Notes: generated by a model not told the origin, from the letters alone. A DNA stretch of 64,000 nt from an uncultured Nitrososphaerota archaeon (GCA_963842885.1 CAWJIE010000005.1:416001-480000); one strand, 5' to 3'. Positions 44,418-53,555 are shown, counted from the stretch's first letter. Made by a program: numbers and translations.

Positions 44418-44515
44418 AATATGTCAAAGGTGGCTCCACCCTCCAGCCGAGATAAGGGTTTCTTAACGCGGTACAATAGACAAGGTTAATTTGGCTATGC
44501 CGCTATTAGGATAAC

Positions 44516-44953
44516 GTGTTGAGGAACAGGCTTATCGAAGCCTCTAGAACTCGAGGCCGGGTGTCCGTGAACCTCATCGCTGTCGTTATGGGTGGAGGCA
44601 TCGTTATGACGTTGATCGGCGGCGATTTCCCTCATGTCGGCGCAGTGGCCCTTGCAGAACCTCGCCCCAGCGGGGTCGACAGGGGGAAGACGAGCAGCTC
44701 CGTGTCGGTACTGGTTCGACTGGGGCACAAGGAGGACGAGCTGGCAAAGAGGCTGGCCGGAGATGTTGCTGCTTCGTTGAACCTACCGGTCGTCCTCTCA
44801 GCGGGCATTCATATCGACCACGCCAGCGCCCAGGAAATCCATGATGCCGAGCTCCTGGCTGGCGCTCTGGTTGAGGATTCAGTTCCGAGGATCAGGAAGC
44901 TGCTGGAAGGCGTTCTTCTTAGAAGGAGGCGTCCGCCTCGGTCGCCTTCTTGA
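44516..44953 (+). CDS. Conserved protein, LpdD/PAC-like chaperone fold
   Basis: GG..PHVGAVALA, GHKEDELA, AGIHID motifs. Confidence 0.7.
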   Translation: MLRNRLIEASRTRGRVSVNLIAVVMGGGIVMTLIGGDFPHVGAVALAEPRPSGVDRGKTSSSVSVLVRLGHKEDELAKRLAGDVAASLNLPVVLSAGIHIDHASAQEIHDAELLAGALVEDSVPRIRKLLEGVLLRRRRPPRSPS

Positions 44954-45269
44954 AATCGAATGTGCCGTTCTTCATAGTGAGCTCGTACATGTCGTTCACT
45001 TCGAACCTGATGCCAAGGAGGTCGTATTCGTCTTCGGACAGGATTACCGTGAGCTTCGGAAGGATAAGGTCTCTCGCCTGTGGCATCATCACGCCGAGGC
45101 TCTGCATCTGGCTGAGGATTCCCTGAACCATCTGAGCTTCTTCACCGTATTGGGCACCGGACCTCTGTCCTTGCCGGCGTCGGACTTCGACGAGCTCTAC
45201 TTGTTTGCCTGGCTTGCCCGTCTCCATGTCGGTGTGGCTGCTTACTCTATTGACCTTGACTAGAACCAT
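44919..45269 (-). CDS. Arcadin-1
   Basis: GKQVELVE...EEAQMVQ.ILSQ.Q..G...PKLT..LSEDEY..LG..FEVN..Y matches arcadin-1 as recalled. Confidence 0.75.
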   Translation of the reverse strand: MVLVKVNRVSSHTDMETGKPGKQVELVEVRRRQGQRSGAQYGEEAQMVQGILSQMQSLGVMMPQARDLILPKLTVILSEDEYDLLGIRFEVNDMYELTMKNGTFDFKKATEADASF

Positions 45270-45308
45270 CGCGGGCGATTTCTCACCGGACGATGCCTTA
45301 AGTCTTTC

Positions 45309-46286
45309 TCACATACGCCTTGAAATAGTGCGGCGGAAGCTCTCGAGATCCTCGCGCTTGACAATCCTCGCATACGGGTCAAGACCGGCCCCTGAAATGC
45401 CAATCGCTATCGCTTCAGTGTTAGTGAAGACCCCCGGGGTGCCATTCCTATCGATCACTATAATACCCCCAGTGTTGTCCCCGAAGAGCCTCCCCATCTC
45501 CTGTACGGCCTTCTTTGCGGCCAAAGGCGCCGGGTTCTTCGACGCAATTAAGCCAACGGCCCTAAGACAGAGGCCACACTTAATGATCATTTCTCCGACG
45601 CCCGTGGCCGACGCCGCACCAACATTCCCCATGGCATAGTAACCCGCCCCGGCGATTGGAGAATCGCCCATCCGGCCCGGCAGCTTGAATTGCATACCGC
45701 CGGTGCTTGTGGCGGCAGCTAGGCCCCCGTCCTGGTCCAAGGCGACGGCTCCCACGGTGTCGGATGGTGCGGCGGCCCTCAGGTAGTTGCGATCCAGTCT
45801 CCCAATCCACCCCTGCTGCGACGAAGAGAGGTAGGACCTCCAACCCTGTTGGAAGGCCTCCGCCTTCTCTTTGGTGGGTAAGAACTTCTCCCTCAGGCCA
45901 TAGGCTTCGGCTAGCTTCTCGGCACCAGTAGAGACCAAGATGACGTGAGCGGTCTTCTCCATTACTATCCTAGCTAGTTCGACGGGGTGGGGGACGTCTC
46001 GGACGCACCCGACTCCGCCAGCGAGCAGCCTCTCACCGTCCATGATCCCCGCATCTAGCTCGATGTAACCTTCATAGTTAAGCGCGGCTCCCCTTCCAGC
46101 GTTAAGGACGCCCGAATCCTCCATCACCCTGACGGCGGCGACGACAGCATCGACAGCACTGCCCTTCCTGAGGGTCGAAGCCCCGGTCTCCGCCGCGTCT
46201 TCAAGAACCTTCCTGGCTTCTAGTGCAGCTCCTTCGTTCAAAGTCCAACGGCCGGCACCCCCTTGAACCACCATTTTGCCGTTCAA
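45309..46286 (-). CDS. Isoaspartyl peptidase/L-asparaginase (Ntn hydrolase)
   Basis: GGAG, NAGRGA, ELDA.IMDG, DTVGAVA, TSTGG, GR.GDSP. Confidence 0.92.
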   Translation of the reverse strand: MNGKMVVQGGAGRWTLNEGAALEARKVLEDAAETGASTLRKGSAVDAVVAAVRVMEDSGVLNAGRGAALNYEGYIELDAGIMDGERLLAGGVGCVRDVPHPVELARIVMEKTAHVILVSTGAEKLAEAYGLREKFLPTKEKAEAFQQGWRSYLSSSQQGWIGRLDRNYLRAAAPSDTVGAVALDQDGGLAAATSTGGMQFKLPGRMGDSPIAGAGYYAMGNVGAASATGVGEMIIKCGLCLRAVGLIASKNPAPLAAKKAVQEMGRLFGDNTGGIIVIDRNGTPGVFTNTEAIAIGISGAGLDPYARIVKREDLESFRRTISRRM

Positions 46287-46368
46287 GTTTCTGCAGAACT
46301 CCAGGCGGAGGCTCCAAGCTACCTCTTCTTAAAAGCATGGGGGAAGATGGAGGAGGACTCCGACCGGT

Positions 46369-46536
46369 CTACTTCCGCCTGAGTCCCTGCCGGATGATCT
46401 CCTCGATAAGTCGGCTTCTGTTAGCGGTGACCAGCTGGCCAGCCCTGACCTGGTCCGCCTGATGGCGACGAACGAGCTTGTCAAGATCCTGCAGAAGGTC
46501 TTCAGACAGGGTGATAGTCACCTTGGATTTCTTCAT
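46369..46536 (-). CDS. Ribbon-helix-helix (CopG-like) regulator
   Basis: KVTITLSEDLLQDLD...NRSRLIEEII. Confidence 0.8.
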   Translation of the reverse strand: MKKSKVTITLSEDLLQDLDKLVRRHQADQVRAGQLVTANRSRLIEEIIRQGLRRK

Positions 46537-46547
46537 AACATAAGATG

Positions 46548-46563
46548 GTATGATAGTATGATA
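46548..46563. promoter_or_regulatory. Tandem 8-bp repeat, candidate RHH operator
   Basis: GTATGATA x2, 12 bp upstream of the RHH start codon. Confidence 0.4.
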
Positions 46564-46741
46564 TAGCCTTTGTGCAAATAGACCATGATGTCCCGATACA
46601 ACAAGATGACGGTCATGGCCGCTCAGGCAGGCCGTCGTCGGCGAGTTGCCTAGCATGTCGATTGGGTCCGAGTTGCACGTCCAAGCTAATGCGCTGCAGA
46701 TATCGAACAAGATATCGTGTAAGATAGAGCCTAGGACCAAG

Positions 46742-47029
46742 CTATGCGTTTTCCTGTTCGATGCCGGCCGAGTCGCCATAGCCGCATCCGCAGGCCATCG
46801 TGTTCGTGAGCACGAAGTGCTTGTCTTCGCCCTCTATAACAAGGTCGATCTCCGCTTGTTCAAGGACCTCCGCGGTCCGCTTGTCTGTCGGGACAAAGAC
46901 ATCTCTTCCGTTGAAGATCAAGTCACCTCCGGGGACTTTGTCGACTAGGAACATGCAAAGTGCTAGGTTTACTTGGTCCGCCTGTTGCATGGAGAAACAG
47001 ATTGCCTCGTACTTGCTTTCAGATAGCAT
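46742..47029 (-). CDS. HesB/IscA-like (A-type Fe-S carrier) domain protein, degenerate
   Basis: D..F.G..VFV...T...LE...ID...F...N...CGCG. Confidence 0.6.
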   Translation of the reverse strand: MLSESKYEAICFSMQQADQVNLALCMFLVDKVPGGDLIFNGRDVFVPTDKRTAEVLEQAEIDLVIEGEDKHFVLTNTMACGCGYGDSAGIEQENA

Positions 47030-47143
47030 TCCCTTAAATTTGTCTGTTTTTGCTTTATTAAGTGTAATAAGTGTAATACTTACGAAGTTTGAGTTCGATT
47101 TGGTTTGATGTTAACTTTGTTTATTTTTTTGTTCTGTGATATT

Positions 47144-47158
47144 GTGTGCTTCCTAGTG
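47144..47158 (+). repeat. GTGCTTCCTAGT motif copy 2
   Basis: GTGTGCTTCCTAGTG after a T/G-rich tract. Confidence 0.9.
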
Positions 47159-47214
47159 CCCGAACCGAACGTCTCAAATAGCGCCAAAGCTCGCAATTCA
47201 CCGGCCGAGATGGC

Positions 47215-48045
47215 TTGAGGAGGAAAATCCGCGACTACGAAAGAGACCTTTGGGCACTGTTCTGGAGTTATTCCAATAGCGGCGAATTCAGCGAGATCCG
47301 GACTTACCTCCTCCAGCGCAGTGGACTCCCCGGGCCCAGGGGAAACCTCGAGCTAGCAACTGCCTTCGGGAACGTCATTCAAAGAGGTGTCGTCTCTGGT
47401 GCCCTCGATTCCAAGGAACTCCTCTCGCTCTGTCAGAGCCTGTGCCAGATACCTCCCGCACTGGCACCCACAAACGATCCCAAGGAGTTCTTGGTGCTCT
47501 GCGGAACATGCGGGCTGGGAGCCCTCGGGACCGTGGCAGCAGATTTCCAAGCCGTCGCTTCCAGTCTGAGCTCCTTAGCCGGCGACCTAAGATGGAGAAC
47601 TAGGGAGGGGGTTGCCATGGCCCTTCAGCGGATGATCGACGCAAAGCCAAAACAGACCCTAATGCTACTCGCCCAGTGGGTTGAAGTAAATGACCCCCTT
47701 CTCCTTCGAGCCGTCGTCGCGGGGGTGGCGGAGCCGAGGCTCCTCCGCAACGACGATGTAGCCCGGTCCGCCCTCGGGCTTCACCGGAGGATTTTCGAGA
47801 GGCTTTCGGAACTTGACCGCGAAGGCGACGACTTCAAGGCTCTAAGGAAGAGCCTCGGCTACTCTCTGAGCGTAGTCGTGGCTTCTTCGCCTAGGGAGGG
47901 CTTTGCTTTGATGAATGAGTTGGCTAGGAATGAGGATCATGATGTTATCTGGATAGTGAGAGAGAATTTGACGAAAAAGAGACTGGCGAAGTGCTTGGAT
48001 AATTTGGATACTGTGAAGAAGATACTTTCAAGTAAGCAGGTTTAG
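47215..48045 (+). CDS. HEAT-repeat-like helical protein
   Basis: SGLPGPRGNLELA, DLRWRTREGVAMALQR, AEPRLL, W.VRENL.KKRL. Confidence 0.75.
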   Translation: MRRKIRDYERDLWALFWSYSNSGEFSEIRTYLLQRSGLPGPRGNLELATAFGNVIQRGVVSGALDSKELLSLCQSLCQIPPALAPTNDPKEFLVLCGTCGLGALGTVAADFQAVASSLSSLAGDLRWRTREGVAMALQRMIDAKPKQTLMLLAQWVEVNDPLLLRAVVAGVAEPRLLRNDDVARSALGLHRRIFERLSELDREGDDFKALRKSLGYSLSVVVASSPREGFALMNELARNEDHDVIWIVRENLTKKRLAKCLDNLDTVKKILSSKQV

Positions 48046-48149
48046 CCGTTGCATTGTGAAGTGTCTTCTACGTGTCTGGTCTCTTGTATATTGATTCTTT
48101 TGTGTTAATTTATTGAATTGGGTTTTGTTTATAGAGAAGGGTTGGTTGT

Positions 48150-48163
48150 GTGTGCTTCCTAGT
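48150..48163 (+). repeat. GTGCTTCCTAGT motif copy 3
   Basis: GTGTGCTTCCTAGT after a T/G-rich tract. Confidence 0.9.
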
Positions 48164-48356
48164 AGGAGGCTGGGCAGGGTGGCTCTGAGCTGCCTTGGTG
48201 TTGTCCATTAGAAGCGTTCTCGACCCAGCAGTCTGGGCAATCAAGCTCGGGTATTTGTCAAGCATGCAATGGGGATGCTTTAGGTGTTGAGCGCGATTTA
48301 GCCTGTCATCAGGGGGACCCGGTAATCGGCGGCGTGCCTACGGGTCATCAGTCGGC

Positions 48357-48587
48357 GTGGACAACTTTATGTATCCAAGAAACGTGGTGTTGTCCGTGCC
48401 GCGACAGAATCTGATCAGGTGCCCTAAGTGCGATAGGCTGGCTTGGAACCCTGATATCGCTATCAGGACCGGTAAGAACCCCGAGAAGAAGTACAGCTAC
48501 TACAGATACAGGCACCCTCTCGACAGGCGGACCGGCCGCAACAAAACGTGCTACGTCCCGGTCGTCAAGCCCGACCCCAACCACTAG
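48357..48587 (+). CDS. Small C2HC zinc-ribbon protein (paralog 2)
   Basis: CPKCDR...RTGKNPE..Y.YY..RH..D.RTG.NKTCY; stop codon lies inside the ACTAGGAAGCAC motif. Confidence 0.75.
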   Translation: MDNFMYPRNVVLSVPRQNLIRCPKCDRLAWNPDIAIRTGKNPEKKYSYYRYRHPLDRRTGRNKTCYVPVVKPDPNH

Positions 48588-48594
48588 GAAGCAC
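48582..48594 (-). repeat. GTGCTTCCTAGT motif copy 4 (inverted)
   Basis: CACTAGGAAGCAC on + strand, followed by an A/C-rich tract. Confidence 0.9.
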
Positions 48595-48681
48595 CCCATC
48601 AAACCAACAACTGCTCTCAACACTCTTAACAATAAGAATTCGAATTTACATAAAAAGATTCTCCCTTATCAATATAACGTA

Positions 48682-49098
48682 TCATTTCCCTCGAAACGCA
48701 TCAGCCTTACGCAACAAAATCTTTATGTTTTCATAAATAGTTGCTCTCATAGCCTCTTCCAAGGTCATCCAAACGAAATCCCGGTGTTCATTCGAAATCT
48801 TCACGTTGACGCTGTCAGTATAACCCAGGTAATATCGTACAGATTTATGAACCTTAGCTCCCCCTGGCCGCAAGTAGAAGTAAGTAATTTTCTCCGCGAA
48901 CCCGTCGACGAGCTTTATGTCAGGGAGGCCCGTTTCCTCCCTTGCTTCTCGGACCGCCGCGTTCAGCTCCGACTCACCAATTTCGATGTTGCCCTTGGGA
49001 AAGTCATACTTCGACTTGTCGTTTCTCAGCAATAGGTACTTGGTGACTCCATCCTGGGTATGGAAGACTACTACCCCAGCCGAACGCTCTTCGAGCAA
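48682..49098 (-). CDS. NUDIX hydrolase (Ap4A hydrolase-like)
   Basis: PKG.IE.GE....AA.RE.REETG Nudix box, S.EH. Confidence 0.92.
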   Translation of the reverse strand: MLEERSAGVVVFHTQDGVTKYLLLRNDKSKYDFPKGNIEIGESELNAAVREAREETGLPDIKLVDGFAEKITYFYLRPGGAKVHKSVRYYLGYTDSVNVKISNEHRDFVWMTLEEAMRATIYENIKILLRKADAFRGK

Positions 49099-49214
49099 TG
49101 GTCGAACAGCCAGATAGTACCGGAATAGAACCTGACGCCGCTTTAAGCATAGTGTACAGGAAACGAAGCGTGGACTCCCCTACCGCCCGTCGTCAAACTC
49201 GCTGGATGCCATGC

Positions 49215-50845
49215 TCAGCGCCTCCGCTTCTTGTCCTTTTTCACCAGTGTTCGATCTTCGCCATCCAGGGGCTTGACGTCGATCCTCATGCCCAGAGACT
49301 CCTCGAGGCTCATTATGTTCTCCCCCTTCCTCCCGATGAGCCTAGGGATGGTCTCCCGGCCCACCCTGACGACGACCTTGTTGCCAGATAGCAGGTCGAC
49401 TTCTGCGTTGGGGTCGTACTCCTTCATCCTCGAAGCTATCTTGTCGAGGGCGAGCTTCTCCACGCCGGACGCCCTTTTCTTGGCGCCCTCGTCTTGGGTG
49501 ATGGGGACTATCACGTTCTCTTCGCCGAAGGTGTATATTTCATGCGTGAGCCTCCCCGTTTCAAAGTCCCTGACCTCGACCAGGGGCCTGGCCAGGTCCT
49601 CCTCCACCATGCCCGTCGGGGTCCTGACGACAAGGTTCAGATCCAGTACGGCTTGGATCTTCCCGGCCTTGACGAAGATGATCGTGTCGATGATGTGAGG
49701 TATCATCCCGAGCTCCACGCGTCCAATGAAGCGCTGGACTGCGTCGACGGGCCCGCTGGCGTGGACCACCCCCACCATGCCCACCCCCGCCAGCCTCATG
49801 TCGGCGAAAACGGTGAAGTCGGAGGTCTTCCTCACTTCGTCATATATCGTGAAGTCGGGCCGGACGAGCAAGAGGATCTCCGCGGACTTCTCAAACTCGC
49901 CCTCCAGGGCGCCATACTGGGTGATAGCCGGTGGCACCTGAAGGTCCCTCGGGGACTCGAACGTCTTGACGATCTTCCCCTGCCTCATGTAGTACTCCGC
50001 GATACTCGAAGCCAATGTGCTCTTGCCGGACCCAGGGGGCCCTGCGATGATGACGCCTTCGGCCTTGTGGGCGAGCCTCTCCATGAGCTTCTCGGAGAGA
50101 TTGTAGTCCTCCAGCGTAAGCTTCACTATGGGTCGGACGATCGTTATCTCCACACCGTCGCTGAAGGGGGGCCTCGCCACCGCAATCCTGAAGTTCCCCA
50201 GCTGAGTAGACGCTGGCCCCGCTCATCTTGAGTTCCTGGAAGGCGTCCCTGCTGACCCTGGAGGCCTCATGTATCTCGGTCTCAATCTCCTCCAGCTCCT
50301 CCCTGGTGAGGGGCTTCTCCCCTATCTTCACCAGCTCAAAGGCCCCTGGCCCGCCTCTCTTTGCCATGGGCACGACGTCCTCCTTCAGATGGACGCTGAG
50401 GGTCTTGGAGTCGAAATAGCTCTCGAACTTCAGGTCCTTGGTCTTTATTGCCGGGCCGGAGATGCTTCACCTTCACTCCCTCGGCCTCGGCCGTCAGATA
50501 GAGGACGTAGTCGGCGGTGTAAAGGGTCCCGTTCACTTCACGGGCGACGTCCCGGATCATCCCGTCAATCCTTCCCTTCTTCGCCAACCTGATGTCGTCG
50601 AAGGAGGGCTTGGGACCGTAGAAGTAGAGCCTGTAGCCCTTTGACTCGCAGAAAAGGCGGATCTTCTTGAGCTCTGCCAGACCTATGAAACCCACGTTCA
50701 CGTTTCTTGAAGCCTGTGCTTGAAGTTCGTCGAGGGCGGCGTAAGGGACGCAGACTTCGACGTCCTTTATCTCTCCGCTCTCAAGCGAGCGCCAGAAAAT
50801 ACCATCTATGATGGCGCTCGTATCCAGTACGGCAGTATCTGTCAT
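49215..50845 (-). CDS. PINA: PIN domain-ATPase-KH protein (frameshifts near 50200 and 50440)
   Basis: VLDTS PIN start, GPPGSGKST, RPDFTIYDE, IGRKGENI KH motif. Confidence 0.9.
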
Positions 50846-50942
50846 ATGTTTTCTTCAAGTCTGACGTGAAAGTTCTGTGTATAATACCTTTCTGTCCGCT
50901 TTAGGACTCTGGTCCTCTTTCAGCCCCGTTCACTCTTAGGTG

Positions 50943-50966
50943 TGGCCTGCGGAAGGAGGCAGGCCA
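50943..50966. terminator. GC-rich hairpin downstream of cyoE
   Basis: TGGCCTGC-N8-GCAGGCCA. Confidence 0.3.
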
Positions 50967-51069
50967 GTAAGGTCGTCAGGAGGTACGCCTTGGAATCCGA
51001 GAAAGTCATCGAAATGGAGGAATCTGAAATCAGATTGGCGCTCGAAGCGACATGCATCCTTGCTTGGAA

Positions 51070-51969
51070 CTAGAGGCCGATGATTACGTCCAAGGCTAGC
51101 ACGCTGAACAGGAGGGCGAGGTAGGGGCCGGTGAACTTGAACAGGTCCCAGGCCATCTTCTCGGTGGGCTCCTTGATGAGCCAAAGGCTCATAGCCAGAA
51201 GAACGATGCTGAGCACCGAACCCACGACGGCAGCGGATACACCGAACGGAGAACCCGGGAGGAATGGAAGGATGGCCGTGAACGCGGCAAGGAGGATTGA
51301 CGTGTACGCTATGCAGCGTATTCCGGTCTTGACACCGAGGGACACGGGGAGCATGGGTATGTCGGCCCTGCCGTAGTCGTCCTTGAACCTGACGGCGAGG
51401 CTCCAGATGTGCACTGGAGTCCACAGGACCACCAGGGCCGCCAGGACAATCGACGTCCAGTCGACGAACCCTTTGATGGCGACGTACCCCACGAAGGCTG
51501 GAATCCCGCCGCTTGGAGCCCCAAGGATGATGTTCCAGGCGGTCTTCCTCTTCGTTAGGAGGTTGTAGACAACGATGTTGTCGATGAGTCCCAATCCGAG
51601 GTAGACCGGGAGGAGCGCGCCCATGGGAAATGAGAGGACCAGTCCGGCGACGATGAGCCCACCGCCGTATACCAGAGCGTTTCTGGCCGGCATGGTGTTC
51701 CTCGGAAGCGGGCGCTGCTGGGTCCTGTGCATCAAGGCGTCGATATCCCTGTCAATGAAGTTCGTGACCGAACGGGCGCCGGCTGAGCAGAGTGCCGTCG
51801 CAAGGGTGATGGCCACGACCTGCAGGGGCTTGTTCATTCCACCCGCTACCAGGGCAGACGTCGCCGCAGTGAAGGCGAGCAGGTAGACGATGTTCGGATT
51901 TGTGAGCTGTACGTAGTCGCGAATCAAGCCTTGGCCTCCAGAAGGGTCGTCCCAAGAACTATGTGCCAT
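51070..51969 (-). CDS. cyoE: Protoheme IX farnesyltransferase (heme O synthase)
   Basis: DRDIDALM.RT..RPLP, KRKT.WNI..G, WTPVHIWSL, DY.RA.IPMLP. Confidence 0.93.
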   Translation of the reverse strand: MAHSSWDDPSGGQGLIRDYVQLTNPNIVYLLAFTAATSALVAGGMNKPLQVVAITLATALCSAGARSVTNFIDRDIDALMHRTQQRPLPRNTMPARNALVYGGGLIVAGLVLSFPMGALLPVYLGLGLIDNIVVYNLLTKRKTAWNIILGAPSGGIPAFVGYVAIKGFVDWTSIVLAALVVLWTPVHIWSLAVRFKDDYGRADIPMLPVSLGVKTGIRCIAYTSILLAAFTAILPFLPGSPFGVSAAVVGSVLSIVLLAMSLWLIKEPTEKMAWDLFKFTGPYLALLFSVLALDVIIGL

Positions 51970-52410
51970 TCTATATAACAATTGTGAACGACTATGCTCC
52001 TGTTCGTCGAGCTTCCGAATCCGAATGACTTCCGAGAGGGTATTCCGCGGTCTGGGGAACCATGGTGCATTGCACTTCAAATACGCCGACGCAGCGGGAG
52101 ATTCCTCCGACTTGGGAAGGGAAAAACTATATGGCGACCCCCACTTTCTGTCACTACGGCGATGAAGCGAGCTGGTATTTCTGACCCATGATGAATGACA
52201 TCAGTGCTGAGCCAATCAACGCCCTCGTTCCAAAGCATAAATGACACATAGGGAGGATATTTTCGTTTGCGGCTGTTTCAATCAGTGGCATTGGGCCTGA
52301 TGCTCGCCACATCATTCGGCCTCTTGTAGGTCCTTACTGCGATGATGGCAATCTCGACGGCTCTCCTCATCACCTATGGGGCACGGATCATCAACCTGTT
52401 CTTGGCCTGA

Positions 52411-53487
52411 TTGTGGGATTCACAGGGTTTTTCTAGGGCGCTGGTTCCCGGACAGGGCAGGAGCGGTGAGGCGAAGCTGAAGGTCGTTCGTCTTTGGTCG
52501 AGCCCCGAGCCCGAAAGGCTCATCGGACTGGCCATGCGTAGATGCTATACGACGAAGGTCTGGGAGGAGCTGCTGCAGGATGTCCAGACCGCCGGCTATC
52601 CAGAGTACCTCACCGAAAGTGCATTCAGACGGCTTGAGTTCGACGTATACGAGCATGTGAGAATGCTGTTCACCGTCCTCGCTGTCCCATCCGAGATGCT
52701 CTCCCTGCTCCAGACGCACCCTCAAGTCGTCTCCAGCAAGCTCTCCGAAGGTAGCTTCCTCGTCAGCATGAACCTCCGGACTCTTACCGAGATGAGCCGA
52801 AAGCTGAACTGCGTCGGTTGGGAGTGTGGGGAATTCTCGCGGCTCCTCGCCGAAGTCTCCCCCACGGTTTCCGCCTGCTTGAAGTTCGACGGTAAGGAGA
52901 GGCGATCCGAAGGCGAGAAGCCAGGCAGCACTGGCACTTCAGAGGCGGACTTCAGGGTAATCCTTGTTCAGCAGCTGACCCAGGCAGATGTGGGGGAGCT
53001 TGCAAGAGCGGACTTGCCACCCAAGGAGCTGGTCAAACACGCCTTTGCCACGGTCGAGGTGGAAGGGATCTCCAGGGCATGCTCCCATCAGCTGGTTCGC
53101 CACAGGCTCTTCAGCTACTCCCAGGAAAGCCAGCGCTTCTCCGACGCCGTGAACGAGACAGGGGTCCTCCCTCCCAGCCTTTCGGCAGACGACCGGGCTT
53201 TGGCCATCTTCAGCCAGCACATGGAGGCCAGTCGCAGGGCTTACTCAAAGTTGAGAGAACTGGGGATAAAGAAGGAGGACGCCAGGTTCGTCCTTCCGAC
53301 CGCGCTCAAGACGAAGATATTGATGACGGCCTCCCTTTACGAGATACTCCACGCGTCCTTCTACCGCAGCAGCTTCAGCGAGGTAGGTAACAAGGCCCAG
53401 TGGGAGATCAACCGGCTATTTACGAGCCTCTACGCCGAGCTGAGGAGACGGGACCCGGGGCTCCCTGAAAGGATTTCTGAGACGTAA
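52411..53487 (+). CDS. thyX: FAD-dependent thymidylate synthase, tandem-domain form
   Basis: ISRACSHQLVRHRLFSYSQESQR, EDARFVLP, AQWEI; N-terminal degenerate repeat (EH...MNLR). Confidence 0.9.
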   Translation: MWDSQGFSRALVPGQGRSGEAKLKVVRLWSSPEPERLIGLAMRRCYTTKVWEELLQDVQTAGYPEYLTESAFRRLEFDVYEHVRMLFTVLAVPSEMLSLLQTHPQVVSSKLSEGSFLVSMNLRTLTEMSRKLNCVGWECGEFSRLLAEVSPTVSACLKFDGKERRSEGEKPGSTGTSEADFRVILVQQLTQADVGELARADLPPKELVKHAFATVEVEGISRACSHQLVRHRLFSYSQESQRFSDAVNETGVLPPSLSADDRALAIFSQHMEASRRAYSKLRELGIKKEDARFVLPTALKTKILMTASLYEILHASFYRSSFSEVGNKAQWEINRLFTSLYAELRRRDPGLPERISET

Positions 53488-53529
53488 CCACGGAGCTAGT
53501 ATAGATCAATAGGTGCAAAGGTCAAGGAT

Positions 53530-53555
53530 TATCTTACTCGATATCGAGTAAGATA
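53530..53555. repeat. Perfect 26-bp palindrome between convergent genes
   Basis: TATCTTACTCGATATCGAGTAAGATA equals its own reverse complement. Confidence 0.9.

Noticed and set aside
46943-46954. ACTAGGAACAT near-match to the polar motif
   Set aside because: One-base deletion relative to the motif, and the local skew follows the nearby + copy instead.
47041-48163. T-rich tracts as ordinary archaeal oligo-U terminators
   Set aside because: The bias extends up to about 270 bp into coding sequence, occurs mid-gene at 39690, and occurs 5' of an opposite-strand gene at 47144.
48152-48594. MITE defined by the 12-bp inverted repeats
   Set aside because: No target-site duplication, and the same motif occurs singly elsewhere, including in-frame within an uninterrupted gene.
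50943-50966. SRP RNA helix 8 (GGAA loop)
   Set aside because: Lacks the CAGG/AGCA internal loop and the surrounding SRP structure.
52188-52410. Box C/D sRNA or small membrane gene upstream of thyX
   Set aside because: C-to-D spacing is too short and the hydrophobic frame is interrupted by a stop; not supportable.
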